A DNA stretch of 32,000 bases from Candidatus Saccharimonadota bacterium (GCA_001761425.1 CP012986.1:1-32000); one strand, 5' to 3'; shown: positions 19,394 through 28,244, counted from the first letter of the stretch. Notes: generated by a model not told the origin, from the sequence alone. Numbers and translations: made by a program.

Positions 19394-19849
19394 ATGGATC
19401 AGAGGCCTCTCATCACCGCACTCCTGGAAACCGGGGACAGCTTCCTGCACCTCGAACAGCAGGAAATAAGTCCAGAGACAGCACAGGAACTGGAAACAGA
19501 TAGAAGAATCAGCTACAGCGAATACGTCGAACAGGCCTTACAGACCGGTGAAAAGCTTCCGAACTACCATTCTATCGCCGAAAAACTTGCGGAGAACCCT
19601 TCAATCCTGTACGAAAACAATCTTCTGCGTCCAGAAGCAAGTAAACAGATAGATGAAAGCCTTCAAATACTGGGGGCTAACGTAGACAGGTCACTGAACC
19701 ACGGAGAAATAAAATCGGTTATTAAGACTGCGATGAAGGACACAGAGGCCTTCCCGAGGAAAGCTATAGACAAAGAAAAACTCGTTGAGAGACTTTACAT
19801 CGACATCCACGCCGGCAGTGACAAAGTATACGACGAACCCATTCCGTAA
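19394..19849 (+). CDS. Hypothetical acidic protein (151 aa)
   Basis: ATG 19394 is preferred over GTG 19370. The gene is divergent from 18997-19293. Confidence 0.5.
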   Translation: MDQRPLITALLETGDSFLHLEQQEISPETAQELETDRRISYSEYVEQALQTGEKLPNYHSIAEKLAENPSILYENNLLRPEASKQIDESLQILGANVDRSLNHGEIKSVIKTAMKDTEAFPRKAIDKEKLVERLYIDIHAGSDKVYDEPIP

Positions 19850-19887
19850 GAAAAAGAGTTATACGTTTTCAGGCCTTTCACTGGTGT

Positions 19888-20658
19888 ATGAAGCATCTGG
19901 TTGTCGGAAAAGGTTTCATAGGTTCTGCCATCGGACAGACTCTAGAAGGAGAGGTAAAATACCTTGACAGAAGTACTGGCGATTACCAGCAGGATGTGAC
20001 GAAAAGCTTCAGGATAGAAGAAGAATTCGACGTGGTTTATCACACGGTAGGCCTTGCACCCGGGTTCGCGTCCAGGAAACAGTACGAACAGGTCCAGGTG
20101 AAAGGAACAGAAAACATCGTAAAAGCAGTTAACGCGGATAAAATCGTATACATCAGTGCTTTGAACCCTGAGATCGATCACCCGTTCTTCCAGACCAAGA
20201 AAGAAGCCGAAAAGATAATAAGAGAGTCAGATATGGAACACACGATACTCAGGCCTTCCACAGTCATCGGAAGAGGCAACAAACTCCTGGACATGATAAG
20301 AAAGACATCATTCACCCAGTTCTTCCCACAGGTAACAACCAGGATGCAGCCTATCAGACTTGAAGACCTTGTAGACATAGCAGAGAAAGTAAAAGACAGA
20401 AGAGACGGCGAAACACTGAATACGGCAGGCCCTGAAAAAATGACAGTATCAGAGATGGCAGAAAAACTTTACAGACAGGAAGGAAAAAACTGCCACACAA
20501 TACCGCTTCCAGAAGGATTCCTCGAGGCCTTTCTCAGTACTTTCGGCTACGTGAACATACCTCCATTGACCAGAGAAAACGCAAAACTGATGGGAGCGGA
20601 CAACACGGCGGACGAGAACCACGCACCGCAGTTAACACAGCTGGAAAAGGCCTTCTAA
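19888..20658 (+). CDS. NAD(P)-binding Rossmann-fold protein (NmrA / epimerase-dehydratase-like)
   Basis: It has the N-terminal MKHLVVGKGFIGSAIG dinucleotide-binding motif. At ~255 aa it is a short SDR-like protein. Confidence 0.6.
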   Translation: MKHLVVGKGFIGSAIGQTLEGEVKYLDRSTGDYQQDVTKSFRIEEEFDVVYHTVGLAPGFASRKQYEQVQVKGTENIVKAVNADKIVYISALNPEIDHPFFQTKKEAEKIIRESDMEHTILRPSTVIGRGNKLLDMIRKTSFTQFFPQVTTRMQPIRLEDLVDIAEKVKDRRDGETLNTAGPEKMTVSEMAEKLYRQEGKNCHTIPLPEGFLEAFLSTFGYVNIPPLTRENAKLMGADNTADENHAPQLTQLEKAF

Positions 20659-20671
20659 AAAAAGAGAAAAA

Positions 20672-23600
20672 TTACCGGGCCTCTCCCGAAGAAGTATCGA
20701 TCTCAAGCTCCGAGAACTCCTCGAAAGACTCGCTGTGATCCCCGTAGTTCGCAAGGAACTCAGCAGCACCTCTCGTATCCGCCGCAGAATGTCCTGCAAC
20801 GACAAGAGCACTTTTACCGTTAAAGGCCTCGTCCACAAGCTCCAGGTAACCAGTTCCTTCACTGTAATTCTCCTGGGCACGCGAAAGGTCTTGTTCCGCA
20901 AGCTCTGCTGTTAAGTCGTTGATAGCAGGGCCTCCAACCAGGATACTGTGGTTCTCTACCTCTTCCGTATCAAGAGCTCCTGTCTGAGGCCAGCCAGCAG
21001 GAGCTGTGACATCCTGAGTTCCTGTGGAGGCCTCTCCTCCGACAGTATGGACTGCGTTACGCTTTTCTTCGGGAACTTCGAGGCCTACATCCGACATATC
21101 GGAGCCGACAGAGACACGGGAACCGAAGTCTGTGTATGTCTCTTCATCCTCCGAGGTTATACTGGAAGGCGTTCCTCCAAAGGAGACTGAATCGATCTCG
21201 TTGCTTCCGTCAAACCCTACATTAACCTGGCCAGAGCCATGCTCGTTCAGAACTACATTCGAAGCAAGGCCTGAGATCTCTGCCCCGAAACGTGTGTCAA
21301 GCGTTGTATCAGCGTTTGAAACAGACAGATCTGCTTCAGTATCGCCGTTTAAATCGTTAAAGTCTGCGTCAAGAGTAAAACCGTAGCCTGTGCTCTGGGA
21401 GACAGATTCGCCCGGAGCCAGGGTAGTCTCAAACGTCTCGTAGCCTAGAGTAGCCTCGCCGCTTGAACCAGCGGAAGGGTCCCACTCGATCCGTACAGGA
21501 TGACCGGAGACATCAGTATAGACCGTCTTCTCCGGATCAGCCTCACTGACGATACCGCCCGGAGCATCACCGGCGATCAAAGTATCACCTGAATCATACA
21601 CATCGTCGCCGTTCTCATCCACAGCTACAAGATCAGAACTACTATAGACTGTTCCACTGCTATCAACCCCGAACTTCACACTGTCAAGGCCTGTCTCCAG
21701 TGTAGCCCCGTTCGAAGGAGAACCACTACCGGCTTCAAGAGTATCATCATAAGGTGAGTAAGTGCCTGAACCTCCTTTATCATCGATTACATCCTCTCCT
21801 ATCTGGTAAGTACTGTCTCCGCTGTCATCGTGGAATTTGAGGGTTACTCCTGTTGAACCATCAACAGCGGTGTAGGAGTTTCCATCTACAAGGTTTGTAT
21901 TGACATCCTCTATTGTCAGATCCTGGTTCGAGGCATAATCTCTACTGGCGGAATCAAGGTTCAAGCTAGCCGCAACATCATTGTTCGTTCCTGCTTCTAC
22001 AGTCACACTAGAAGTTTGTGTGTCACCAGTCTGATCAGACTCAATCTTATATGTATCAGTTCCGTCAAAGGTAGCGGTACCGGAGCTTATCGATCCTGAG
22101 TTATCGCTAATAGCTGCATTAATTGAATCGGCAATACTGGAGCCATCATTCAGATAATAATCATCCAAATCTGCAGTATCTGTAGTGTCACTCATGGAAA
22201 CTGTTGTGATATTCGCAGAGCCGGGTACCGTTGCTCCGGCCTCACCTACAGAGGCAACTGAAGTTGAATCAGAAGCACCTGTCGCCACAAGAACAGGATC
22301 TCCGCTCTCTATCGTGGTATCTCCACTTGAAACAACAAACACATCCCCATCGCTTAGACCAGGATCACTTCCAACATCTACTGTGACCGTGCCATCTCCG
22401 TTGATAGTTTGATCCCCTGAAGTGGTATCCGCATTGGTATCCACCGGAGTACCCAAAGACTGCTTCGTAAGCTGTCCGCCAGCAAGATTAGAATCATCTG
22501 AACTGGCTCCCGCAATACTTACAGTAGTACTCTGACCGGAATTGGAATAACTGCTTACTACATAATAATTTCCAGAAGGTGCTGCAACCAAGCTCCCAGC
22601 AGGAATGTCTCCACTCGGATCGGTCTCAAGACCTACACTAGAGACCTGATCCACAGTAGTGGACCCTGTATTTTCTAGAACCAAATTTTGGGCAGTGTTT
22701 CCATCAAACCCAATGGATATCTGAGGATTCAAAGTAGCTGAAAGATCCGTAGTGACAGTTCCAGCACCCTGTACAATACCTTCTTCATCATAGATGCCGT
22801 TGCCAGCTCTGTCATAGAATATTGCTTCAGAATCACTCCAACCAGAGACTGTCGTGGCGTAAAGATTTTCAGAGCCGTCAAAGGATTGAAGATTATCAGA
22901 CTGTCCTACCTCTTGATCATCACCGTCATACTCATTCGATATAGCAGATCCGTCTACATCAACCAAATTATCAGGATCAGAAGTATAAACTCCGTCGTTA
23001 TCTCTGTCAAGCACCATGGCGTCACTGCCTTCCTCCCAGGTAGTATCGCTGCTGTAGAAACGGACCTCTGACTCAGTATCACCATTGTTCAAGTATGGAT
23101 TGGAGCTGTAAAGTGAATCCGAGTTCGAGGCCTCCACCCTGCTTATGTTCAGAGTGTGTTCAAATCCTTCCTTATCCTGATACTTGACCTCGAACCCGTC
23201 TTTGACCTCGATGCTATCCGTCGGTTCATCTGTAAGGCCTTCAAAGCCGATCCTGAAGTAATCATTAGGTCCCTGGAAGGATTCTCCTTCCTTTAGATGT
23301 TCGGTTTCGTCCTCAGCATCCGGTTCATCTACCGTCTTCAGGTTATTTGTTAGTTCAAGGCCTTCAAGCGTGTCTCCGTTACTTGTTTCAAGTTTCTGTA
23401 CCCTGTAATCTGTGTCGAGCGGGAAGTCCTCTCCCTGCTCCAGTGTGACATCTGAATAAACTGTTTCAAGTTCGATGATCCAGGCCTCTTCGCTGGAGGA
23501 GTAGAAAACAGTGTTCGCACTGACTGAGAACTCTTCGTTCGCGTCCATGGATTCACCGGCGGAAAGCTGTCCTGAATCCACCTGTTCTCCGTCCTCCATG

Positions 23601-24313
23601 ACGTTGACCAGTATCTCTCCATCGTTTGAGTTACCTCCTTCTACGTTGACTGTGTAAGGCCCGTGCCTGAAACTGTCACCGATGGAAAGATCTGAAGCAG
23701 TCTCCTTAGAACCTAGATCAGCCTGTGAACCGGAGACAGTTACCAGCTCATACTCCTCTCCCAGTACAGAGACCTGTTCGCCTGTTTCAAAGCCTGGAGA
23801 ATAACTTATTTCATAATCAACCGAGGCCTGAGGGACAACTGTCAATACCTCCGAACCGTTCACCTCGGTCTTTACACCGGAGCCTCCGTCACTGTCAAGG
23901 CCTACAGATTCAGAGATAAAATGGTTGTTCCCGTCAGAGTCCTCTACATTCTCTCTTTTCAGGACAGAGTAATCCGATTTATCCACCATCAGTTTACCTG
24001 CGGATACATCGCTCCTGATCCCTGACTCAGCTTCCTCACCGTCGACAGAAACGGATGAACCAGAAGAAACATTACTGAAGGCCTGCTGGCCGAGGGAACC
24101 TGCGATATCGATCGCACCAACCACATCAGCGGTCGCAGCATCCTCACCTACAACTATAGAACTCTGGACGTTACCGTCTTCATCGACAAACGGCTGAGGA
24201 TAATCACCCAGATCATGGTTTGAAGCAGAAGCACCTGTCAAGGTAGCCCCAAGTAAAACAGCGGAACCAGCTAGAGCAGCTCCGTACTTTTTCAGTTTAC
24301 GAACAGATTTCAT
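20672..24313 (-). CDS. S-layer protein paralogue 1 (Methanococcus-type S-layer N- and C-terminal domains, long acidic central region)
   Basis: The signal peptide MKSVRKLKKYGAALAGSAVLLGATLTGASA is followed by LGDYPQPFVDEDGNVQSSIVVGEDAATADVVGAIDIAGSL. The C-terminus has ILVGGPAINDLTAELAE...ALVVAGHSAADTRGAAEFLANYGDH. The protein is extremely Asp/Glu/Ser/Thr/Gly-rich. Confidence 0.85.
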   Translation of the reverse strand: MKSVRKLKKYGAALAGSAVLLGATLTGASASNHDLGDYPQPFVDEDGNVQSSIVVGEDAATADVVGAIDIAGSLGQQAFSNVSSGSSVSVDGEEAESGIRSDVSAGKLMVDKSDYSVLKRENVEDSDGNNHFISESVGLDSDGGSGVKTEVNGSEVLTVVPQASVDYEISYSPGFETGEQVSVLGEEYELVTVSGSQADLGSKETASDLSIGDSFRHGPYTVNVEGGNSNDGEILVNVMEDGEQVDSGQLSAGESMDANEEFSVSANTVFYSSSEEAWIIELETVYSDVTLEQGEDFPLDTDYRVQKLETSNGDTLEGLELTNNLKTVDEPDAEDETEHLKEGESFQGPNDYFRIGFEGLTDEPTDSIEVKDGFEVKYQDKEGFEHTLNISRVEASNSDSLYSSNPYLNNGDTESEVRFYSSDTTWEEGSDAMVLDRDNDGVYTSDPDNLVDVDGSAISNEYDGDDQEVGQSDNLQSFDGSENLYATTVSGWSDSEAIFYDRAGNGIYDEEGIVQGAGTVTTDLSATLNPQISIGFDGNTAQNLVLENTGSTTVDQVSSVGLETDPSGDIPAGSLVAAPSGNYYVVSSYSNSGQSTTVSIAGASSDDSNLAGGQLTKQSLGTPVDTNADTTSGDQTINGDGTVTVDVGSDPGLSDGDVFVVSSGDTTIESGDPVLVATGASDSTSVASVGEAGATVPGSANITTVSMSDTTDTADLDDYYLNDGSSIADSINAAISDNSGSISSGTATFDGTDTYKIESDQTGDTQTSSVTVEAGTNNDVAASLNLDSASRDYASNQDLTIEDVNTNLVDGNSYTAVDGSTGVTLKFHDDSGDSTYQIGEDVIDDKGGSGTYSPYDDTLEAGSGSPSNGATLETGLDSVKFGVDSSGTVYSSSDLVAVDENGDDVYDSGDTLIAGDAPGGIVSEADPEKTVYTDVSGHPVRIEWDPSAGSSGEATLGYETFETTLAPGESVSQSTGYGFTLDADFNDLNGDTEADLSVSNADTTLDTRFGAEISGLASNVVLNEHGSGQVNVGFDGSNEIDSVSFGGTPSSITSEDEETYTDFGSRVSVGSDMSDVGLEVPEEKRNAVHTVGGEASTGTQDVTAPAGWPQTGALDTEEVENHSILVGGPAINDLTAELAEQDLSRAQENYSEGTGYLELVDEAFNGKSALVVAGHSAADTRGAAEFLANYGDHSESFEEFSELEIDTSSGEAR

Positions 24314-24493
24314 AATTACACAGGGAAAAATTTTTCTTCACCACATAAAACCTTAACCCGGCAGAAAAAAGGCCTTCAAACAGTCTCAGAAACACGGAAG
24401 AAAAAGGCCTCAAAGAAGTTTTATCTGAAGTATTTCTTGAAAGAAAAGAAAGGAAAGGAAAATATGTGTGGTTGTCTGCTCTACGTACTACAT

Positions 24494-26899
24494 CTACTGG
24501 ACAACGTTGCCTGTCTCTGTAGAGATCGTAACCTGATCTGTTCCAGAGAGTGCTTCGCTGTGATCTCCGTAGTTCGCAAGGAAGTCTGCAGCAGTTGTCG
24601 TGTCCTCTGCAGAGTGACCAGCAACTACAAGAGCGGAGTGATCTTCGTTCCAACCGTCGACCATCTGGAGAACTGACTCTCCTTCATGGCCACCTGTCTG
24701 CCATTCATTGGCATCCCAAGTCTGGTTCTCATCTGCAAGCTCTGCTGTGAGATCGTTGATTGCAGGTCCACCGACAACAATAACGTTGTCGTTCTCCTTG
24801 ACCTGACCAATATTCTCAGCAGTATCAAGAGCTCCCATCGATGGGAACGTATCTCCATAAGTAGGACTCATGGACATTCCTCCTTCAGAAGAATCAGATG
24901 AAACTGATCCTAGAGCCAGATTATGCTTTCTCTGCTCATCTGGGTAAGTGACTGTTGCCGAAGTTGCGGAGTCGTACTCTACAGCAGAACCGAACGTGCT
25001 GAGAGTGGAATCGCCTGTGTCTTCAGCAAGAACTGTTCCTCCCGTTCCTACCTTAGCGACTTCTCCAGAATCGACGTCGCTGAAGTCTTCAGCACTGTTG
25101 CCGTCGATATCTTCGTAGACTACGTCGACTGTGACTCCATTTCCTGTGGAATCTTGATCTCCGTAGGCTTCGTTATGCTGGACAACATCGTACCCAGATC
25201 CAGTTCCATAAGTGCCTGTGTTGTCATCTGCAAATGCTAGGCTGGAACCATACTGAGTTGTGACTTGTGTTGCGGCTTCTGCTCCTGTGTTGGAGTCAGT
25301 TGCTGCATCATCATTTGGTGCAGTATAATCTACACCAGATGCAACGTTGACGGTATCATAACTTCCGTCGTCTCCTGAGTCAACCCATTCAACTACTACT
25401 TCAAATCCGTAACCTGTGTCAATTCTTTGATAGGTTACTGAGTCAGAAGCTGATAGCGTGGTGCCGTCTACTGTTTCGTACCAGCTTGCGCTTCCGGAAG
25501 TTACTTCTGTTCCACTGGACTGGCCGAATTCGTAGTCGATTCCATTGTGGGAAACTGTGACTGCTGTGTTGTCGTCACTTACACTCTGAAGTGCTACTGG
25601 ATAATACTCTGCGTTTGAATCATCTGTAGCATCCGGTCCTTTGACACCGTAAACTGTTTCTTCTTCTGTGTCTCCGGAAATTGCTGCTCCGGCTGCCATC
25701 TGATTCATCTGGAAGCTCTGTTCTTGTGCGTTGATACCTGTGAAGGTTACTTGCGAATCCTGTCCGAATTCTACAGGTGTCGTTGCCTGGTTTGTTAGTC
25801 CCTGGTTTGTTAGGGAGAATGCGTCTGTTGGTCCTGCGAAGGACTGTCCAGCTTCTAGCCTACCCATCTCATCGTCGTCAGGGTCTGCTACTGTCTGGAC
25901 GTTGCTTGTGAGTTCTACGGATGTAAGATGGTCTACTCCGTTTACTGTTCTGAAGCTTAGATCATTTACATCGTAATCTTCGTCCAGTGCAAATGTCTCT
26001 CCCTTTTCGAGAGTTGTGTCCGTGTAAGTGGACTCTAGTGCGATACTCCATGATTCGCTTCCTGAGTCGTAGAAGACTGTGTTTGCTGTAAGGTCAAAGT
26101 CGTCTTCAACATTCAGTGTATCGCCGCTCGAGAGCTGTCCGGATTCTACCTGATCGCCGTCCATCATGACGTTGACAAGGATTTCTGCGCCGCCGTTTGA
26201 GTTACCTCCTTCTACTGTAACTGTGTAAGGTCCGTGCTCATAGCTGTCTCCAACTGAGAGTCCGGATGCGGATTCTGTGGATCCTAGGTCCACTACGTCG
26301 CTGCCACTGTCGACGCTAGTGATCTCGAAGTCGTTTCCAAGCATGGAAACTGTGTCGTTTGCTGCGAATCCTGGTGTGAATGATGCTGTGTAAGCTACGC
26401 TTCCATCAGCTACGTTTGTCTGTACTGTTGTTCCGTTTACTACTGAGTTGACGCTGTTGTAGGATGCGCTTTCTGTGACGAATACGTCGTCACCGTCATC
26501 ATCTTCGACTGTGTCTCTTGTTAGTCCATCATAATCTGAAGGACTGATGGAGTCAGATGCTCCGCTTGCTCCGACTGCTACTTCGTTTGAAGATCCATCT
26601 ACTGACTCTGATGATGTTCCTTCGACTTCTTCGGATGTGTATGCTGCCTGTGATAGGCTGCCTGCGATGTCGATTGCTCCTACTACGTCTGCTGTTGCTG
26701 CGTCGTCACCGACTACGATTGATGACTGTACGTTTCCGTCGTCATCTACAAATGGTGCTGGATAATCTGAAAGATCACCGTTCATTCCACTGGACCCACC
26801 GTGAGATGTTGCTGCAGCCCCTGTAAGGGTTGCTCCCACGAGTAGTGCGGAACCGGCGATTGCTGTGCCATATTTCTTTAGTTTCTTTATTGATTTCAT
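24494..26899 (-). CDS. S-layer protein paralogue 2 (same terminal domains, shorter unrelated centre)
   Basis: MKSIKKLKKYGTAIAGSALLVGATLTGAAA, LSDYPAPFVDDDGNVQSSIVVGDDAATADVVGAIDIAGSL ... VIVVGGPAINDLTAELAD ... ALVVAGHSAEDTTTAADFLANYGDH. A GGTGA RBS lies about 10 nt before the ATG. Confidence 0.88.
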   Translation of the reverse strand: MKSIKKLKKYGTAIAGSALLVGATLTGAAATSHGGSSGMNGDLSDYPAPFVDDDGNVQSSIVVGDDAATADVVGAIDIAGSLSQAAYTSEEVEGTSSESVDGSSNEVAVGASGASDSISPSDYDGLTRDTVEDDDGDDVFVTESASYNSVNSVVNGTTVQTNVADGSVAYTASFTPGFAANDTVSMLGNDFEITSVDSGSDVVDLGSTESASGLSVGDSYEHGPYTVTVEGGNSNGGAEILVNVMMDGDQVESGQLSSGDTLNVEDDFDLTANTVFYDSGSESWSIALESTYTDTTLEKGETFALDEDYDVNDLSFRTVNGVDHLTSVELTSNVQTVADPDDDEMGRLEAGQSFAGPTDAFSLTNQGLTNQATTPVEFGQDSQVTFTGINAQEQSFQMNQMAAGAAISGDTEEETVYGVKGPDATDDSNAEYYPVALQSVSDDNTAVTVSHNGIDYEFGQSSGTEVTSGSASWYETVDGTTLSASDSVTYQRIDTGYGFEVVVEWVDSGDDGSYDTVNVASGVDYTAPNDDAATDSNTGAEAATQVTTQYGSSLAFADDNTGTYGTGSGYDVVQHNEAYGDQDSTGNGVTVDVVYEDIDGNSAEDFSDVDSGEVAKVGTGGTVLAEDTGDSTLSTFGSAVEYDSATSATVTYPDEQRKHNLALGSVSSDSSEGGMSMSPTYGDTFPSMGALDTAENIGQVKENDNVIVVGGPAINDLTAELADENQTWDANEWQTGGHEGESVLQMVDGWNEDHSALVVAGHSAEDTTTAADFLANYGDHSEALSGTDQVTISTETGNVVQ

Positions 26900-26988
26900 G
26901 GTTTGAATTCACCTTTGTTTGTTTCCCGGAAAACCACTTTGGTTTTCGGTCGGAGCCTGTGAGAGCTCCGGTGTCACGCGTGCATTCC

Positions 26989-27000
26989 TAATATATTTTA
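26989..27000 (-). promoter_or_regulatory. Candidate TATA box for S-layer paralogue 2
   Basis: The minus strand reads TAAAATATATTA about 90-100 nt upstream of the ATG at 26899, which would give a ~65-nt leader containing the GGTGA RBS. Confidence 0.3.
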
Positions 27001-27289
27001 GACAGGTGCATGCGTGAAGGCCTGTCTGAGGATGCCTCTTTTGTTTTCGGAAACACGGTAAGTGTTTCCTGAGCACCTTCCTCGTAGAGAGGCTTGGATG
27101 CGTTGTCGAAGCCTGCCTCACGGGCTCCGCGGGATCCCGTTCCCGGAAAAAAGTTAACTGCTTCTTTTGAGCATTTCTTTTTGGGAGATCCACGGGAATC
27201 CCAGCTATCTCTAAGTCTAGCTGTTGCTTTTTCCTTATACCCCAATTAGGGTACTGACCTTTATAAACCCTTTGATTAGAGACGGGTTT

Positions 27290-27590
27290 TAACCGTTTAC
27301 GAACGGTTTTTGAGGGTTTTCTAGTGTTTTTTTCGGTTCAGGAAGGCCTTAAATCGCTTCTTTGAAAGTTTGAAGCGTTCTCGGTTTTTTTCGGTTATTT
27401 TAGAACAGTTTGCTGTTCCAGTTATGTTAAACTTTTTTGAGAGGTTGGGAACTTTTTTGAAGGCCTTAGAAAGTTTTTTTCAGGCTTTGAAGTATTTGTG
27501 AACCGTGGTGAACTTTCTGGATGGCTTAGAACTTTTTTAGAAGGTTTGTTGGGAGGCCTTTTTGGTGTGTTGGGACAGGTTTTTCCCGTT
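27290..27590. repeat. Degenerate ~20-22-bp tandem units with phased T-tracts, plus a 13-bp direct repeat
   Basis: Units resemble GAACTTTTTTGAAGGCCTTA (27451-27470), with T5-T7 runs near 27327, 27387, 27434, 27454, 27476, 27534, 27558 and 27580. GTTTTTTTCGGTT occurs at 27326-27338 and 27384-27396. Hairpin AACCGTT-tacg-AACGGTT at about 27291-27308. Confidence 0.6.
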
Positions 27591-27594
27591 GTGT

Positions 27595-27924
27595 TTACTG
27601 TTGTTTGCGTGTTGCGGTGTATATGTGGTAGTGGAAGTATAGGTATCCTAGGGCTGGTAGGATGATGAGTATGATGGCTATGTTTGCTATTGTCTGTGCT
27701 CCGAAGTTGAATGCGTATATTTCTACGGCGAAGAGTGTTACGAGTGTCAGTGTGGATAGTGCGAATATTTTGAATGCTTTCTGTGGTGTGTTTTTGAGGA
27801 AGAACTGTGAGAGGGCTGTTTCTGGGTCTTTTTCAATCTGTTTTATTATTTGGTGGAGGAGGACTGCCATCATGATGTACATGATTGCTGATGTGTATCC
27901 GAGTACTGTGTGTGGCAGGTTCAT
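27595..27924 (-). CDS. Small 3-TM membrane protein, type B, copy 1 (paralogue of 30817-31158)
   Basis: ..IIKQIEKDPETALSQFFLKNTPQKAFKIFALSTLTLVTLFAVEIYAF.. aligns with ..RIVKNMEKDRETAIAKFFLKDQALKAFKTLAASSLILVLIFTLEIYGM.. The ATG at 27924 forms an ATGA overlap with the upstream stop; ATG 27945 is an alternative start. Confidence 0.7.
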   Translation of the reverse strand: MNLPHTVLGYTSAIMYIMMAVLLHQIIKQIEKDPETALSQFFLKNTPQKAFKIFALSTLTLVTLFAVEIYAFNFGAQTIANIAIILIILPALGYLYFHYHIYTATRKQQ

Positions 27925-28244
27925 TGGTGTACTCTCACCGTCCATCTGTACATTACTATTGTTATTGCTACTGCGACCAGTGCTGTGAGGCCTCTTCCGA
28001 AGTTTATCATTAGGTTGTTGGCTGTGAGGCCTCCTGTTCCTATGGCTAGTGTTGCGAGTGCTTCTGCTGTTATTGCGTAGAACAGTATTTTGAAGTCTTT
28101 GAGGGTTTGTTCGGATCTGAGCCTCATTTTGGTGACTGCTGTGTCTCCTGAGTAGTGCATTTCTTTGTAGAATTTGGCTGCCATCGCTCCCATTGCTGTG
28201 GTTGGTAGTGCTATGGTTACGAGGAGGATGGGTGAGTGGCTCAT
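27921..28244 (-). CDS. Small 3-TM membrane protein, type A, copy 1 (paralogue of 31160-31480)
   Basis: ..SGDTAVTKMRLRSEQTLKDFKILFYA..LAIGTG..ITIVMYRW.. aligns without gaps with ..SGKTFMTKMRLQTDKTYREFRALTYA..LILGTG..ITVMARWW.. Confidence 0.7.
   Translation of the reverse strand: MSHSPILLVTIALPTTAMGAMAAKFYKEMHYSGDTAVTKMRLRSEQTLKDFKILFYAITAEALATLAIGTGGLTANNLMINFGRGLTALVAVAITIVMYRWTVRVHQ

Noticed and set aside
20948-26826. Many short ORFs antisense to, or out of frame with, the two S-layer genes (for example 20948-21190, 21024-21386, 22185-22412, 22886-23071, 23350-23622, 23725-23919, 24297-24653, 24437-24676, 24550-24750, 24625-24858, 24686-24901, 24923-25240, 25731-25976, 26547-26765, 26557-26826)
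   Set aside because: They are a by-product of long, compositionally biased genes with few stop codons in the other frames. The S-layer frames have a signal peptide plus conserved N- and C-terminal domains.
26909-27245. ORFs 26909-27193 and 26988-27245 (-)
   Set aside because: The peptides are basic and Arg/Lys/Pro-rich, in a hairpin-dense region upstream of the S-layer start. The region is better explained as leader, regulatory or ncRNA sequence.
27290-27590. Considered as a CRISPR array because of the ~20-bp periodic repeats
   Set aside because: The units are contiguous, degenerate and T-tract based, with no alternation of conserved repeats and unique 30-40-bp spacers. No cas genes are nearby.
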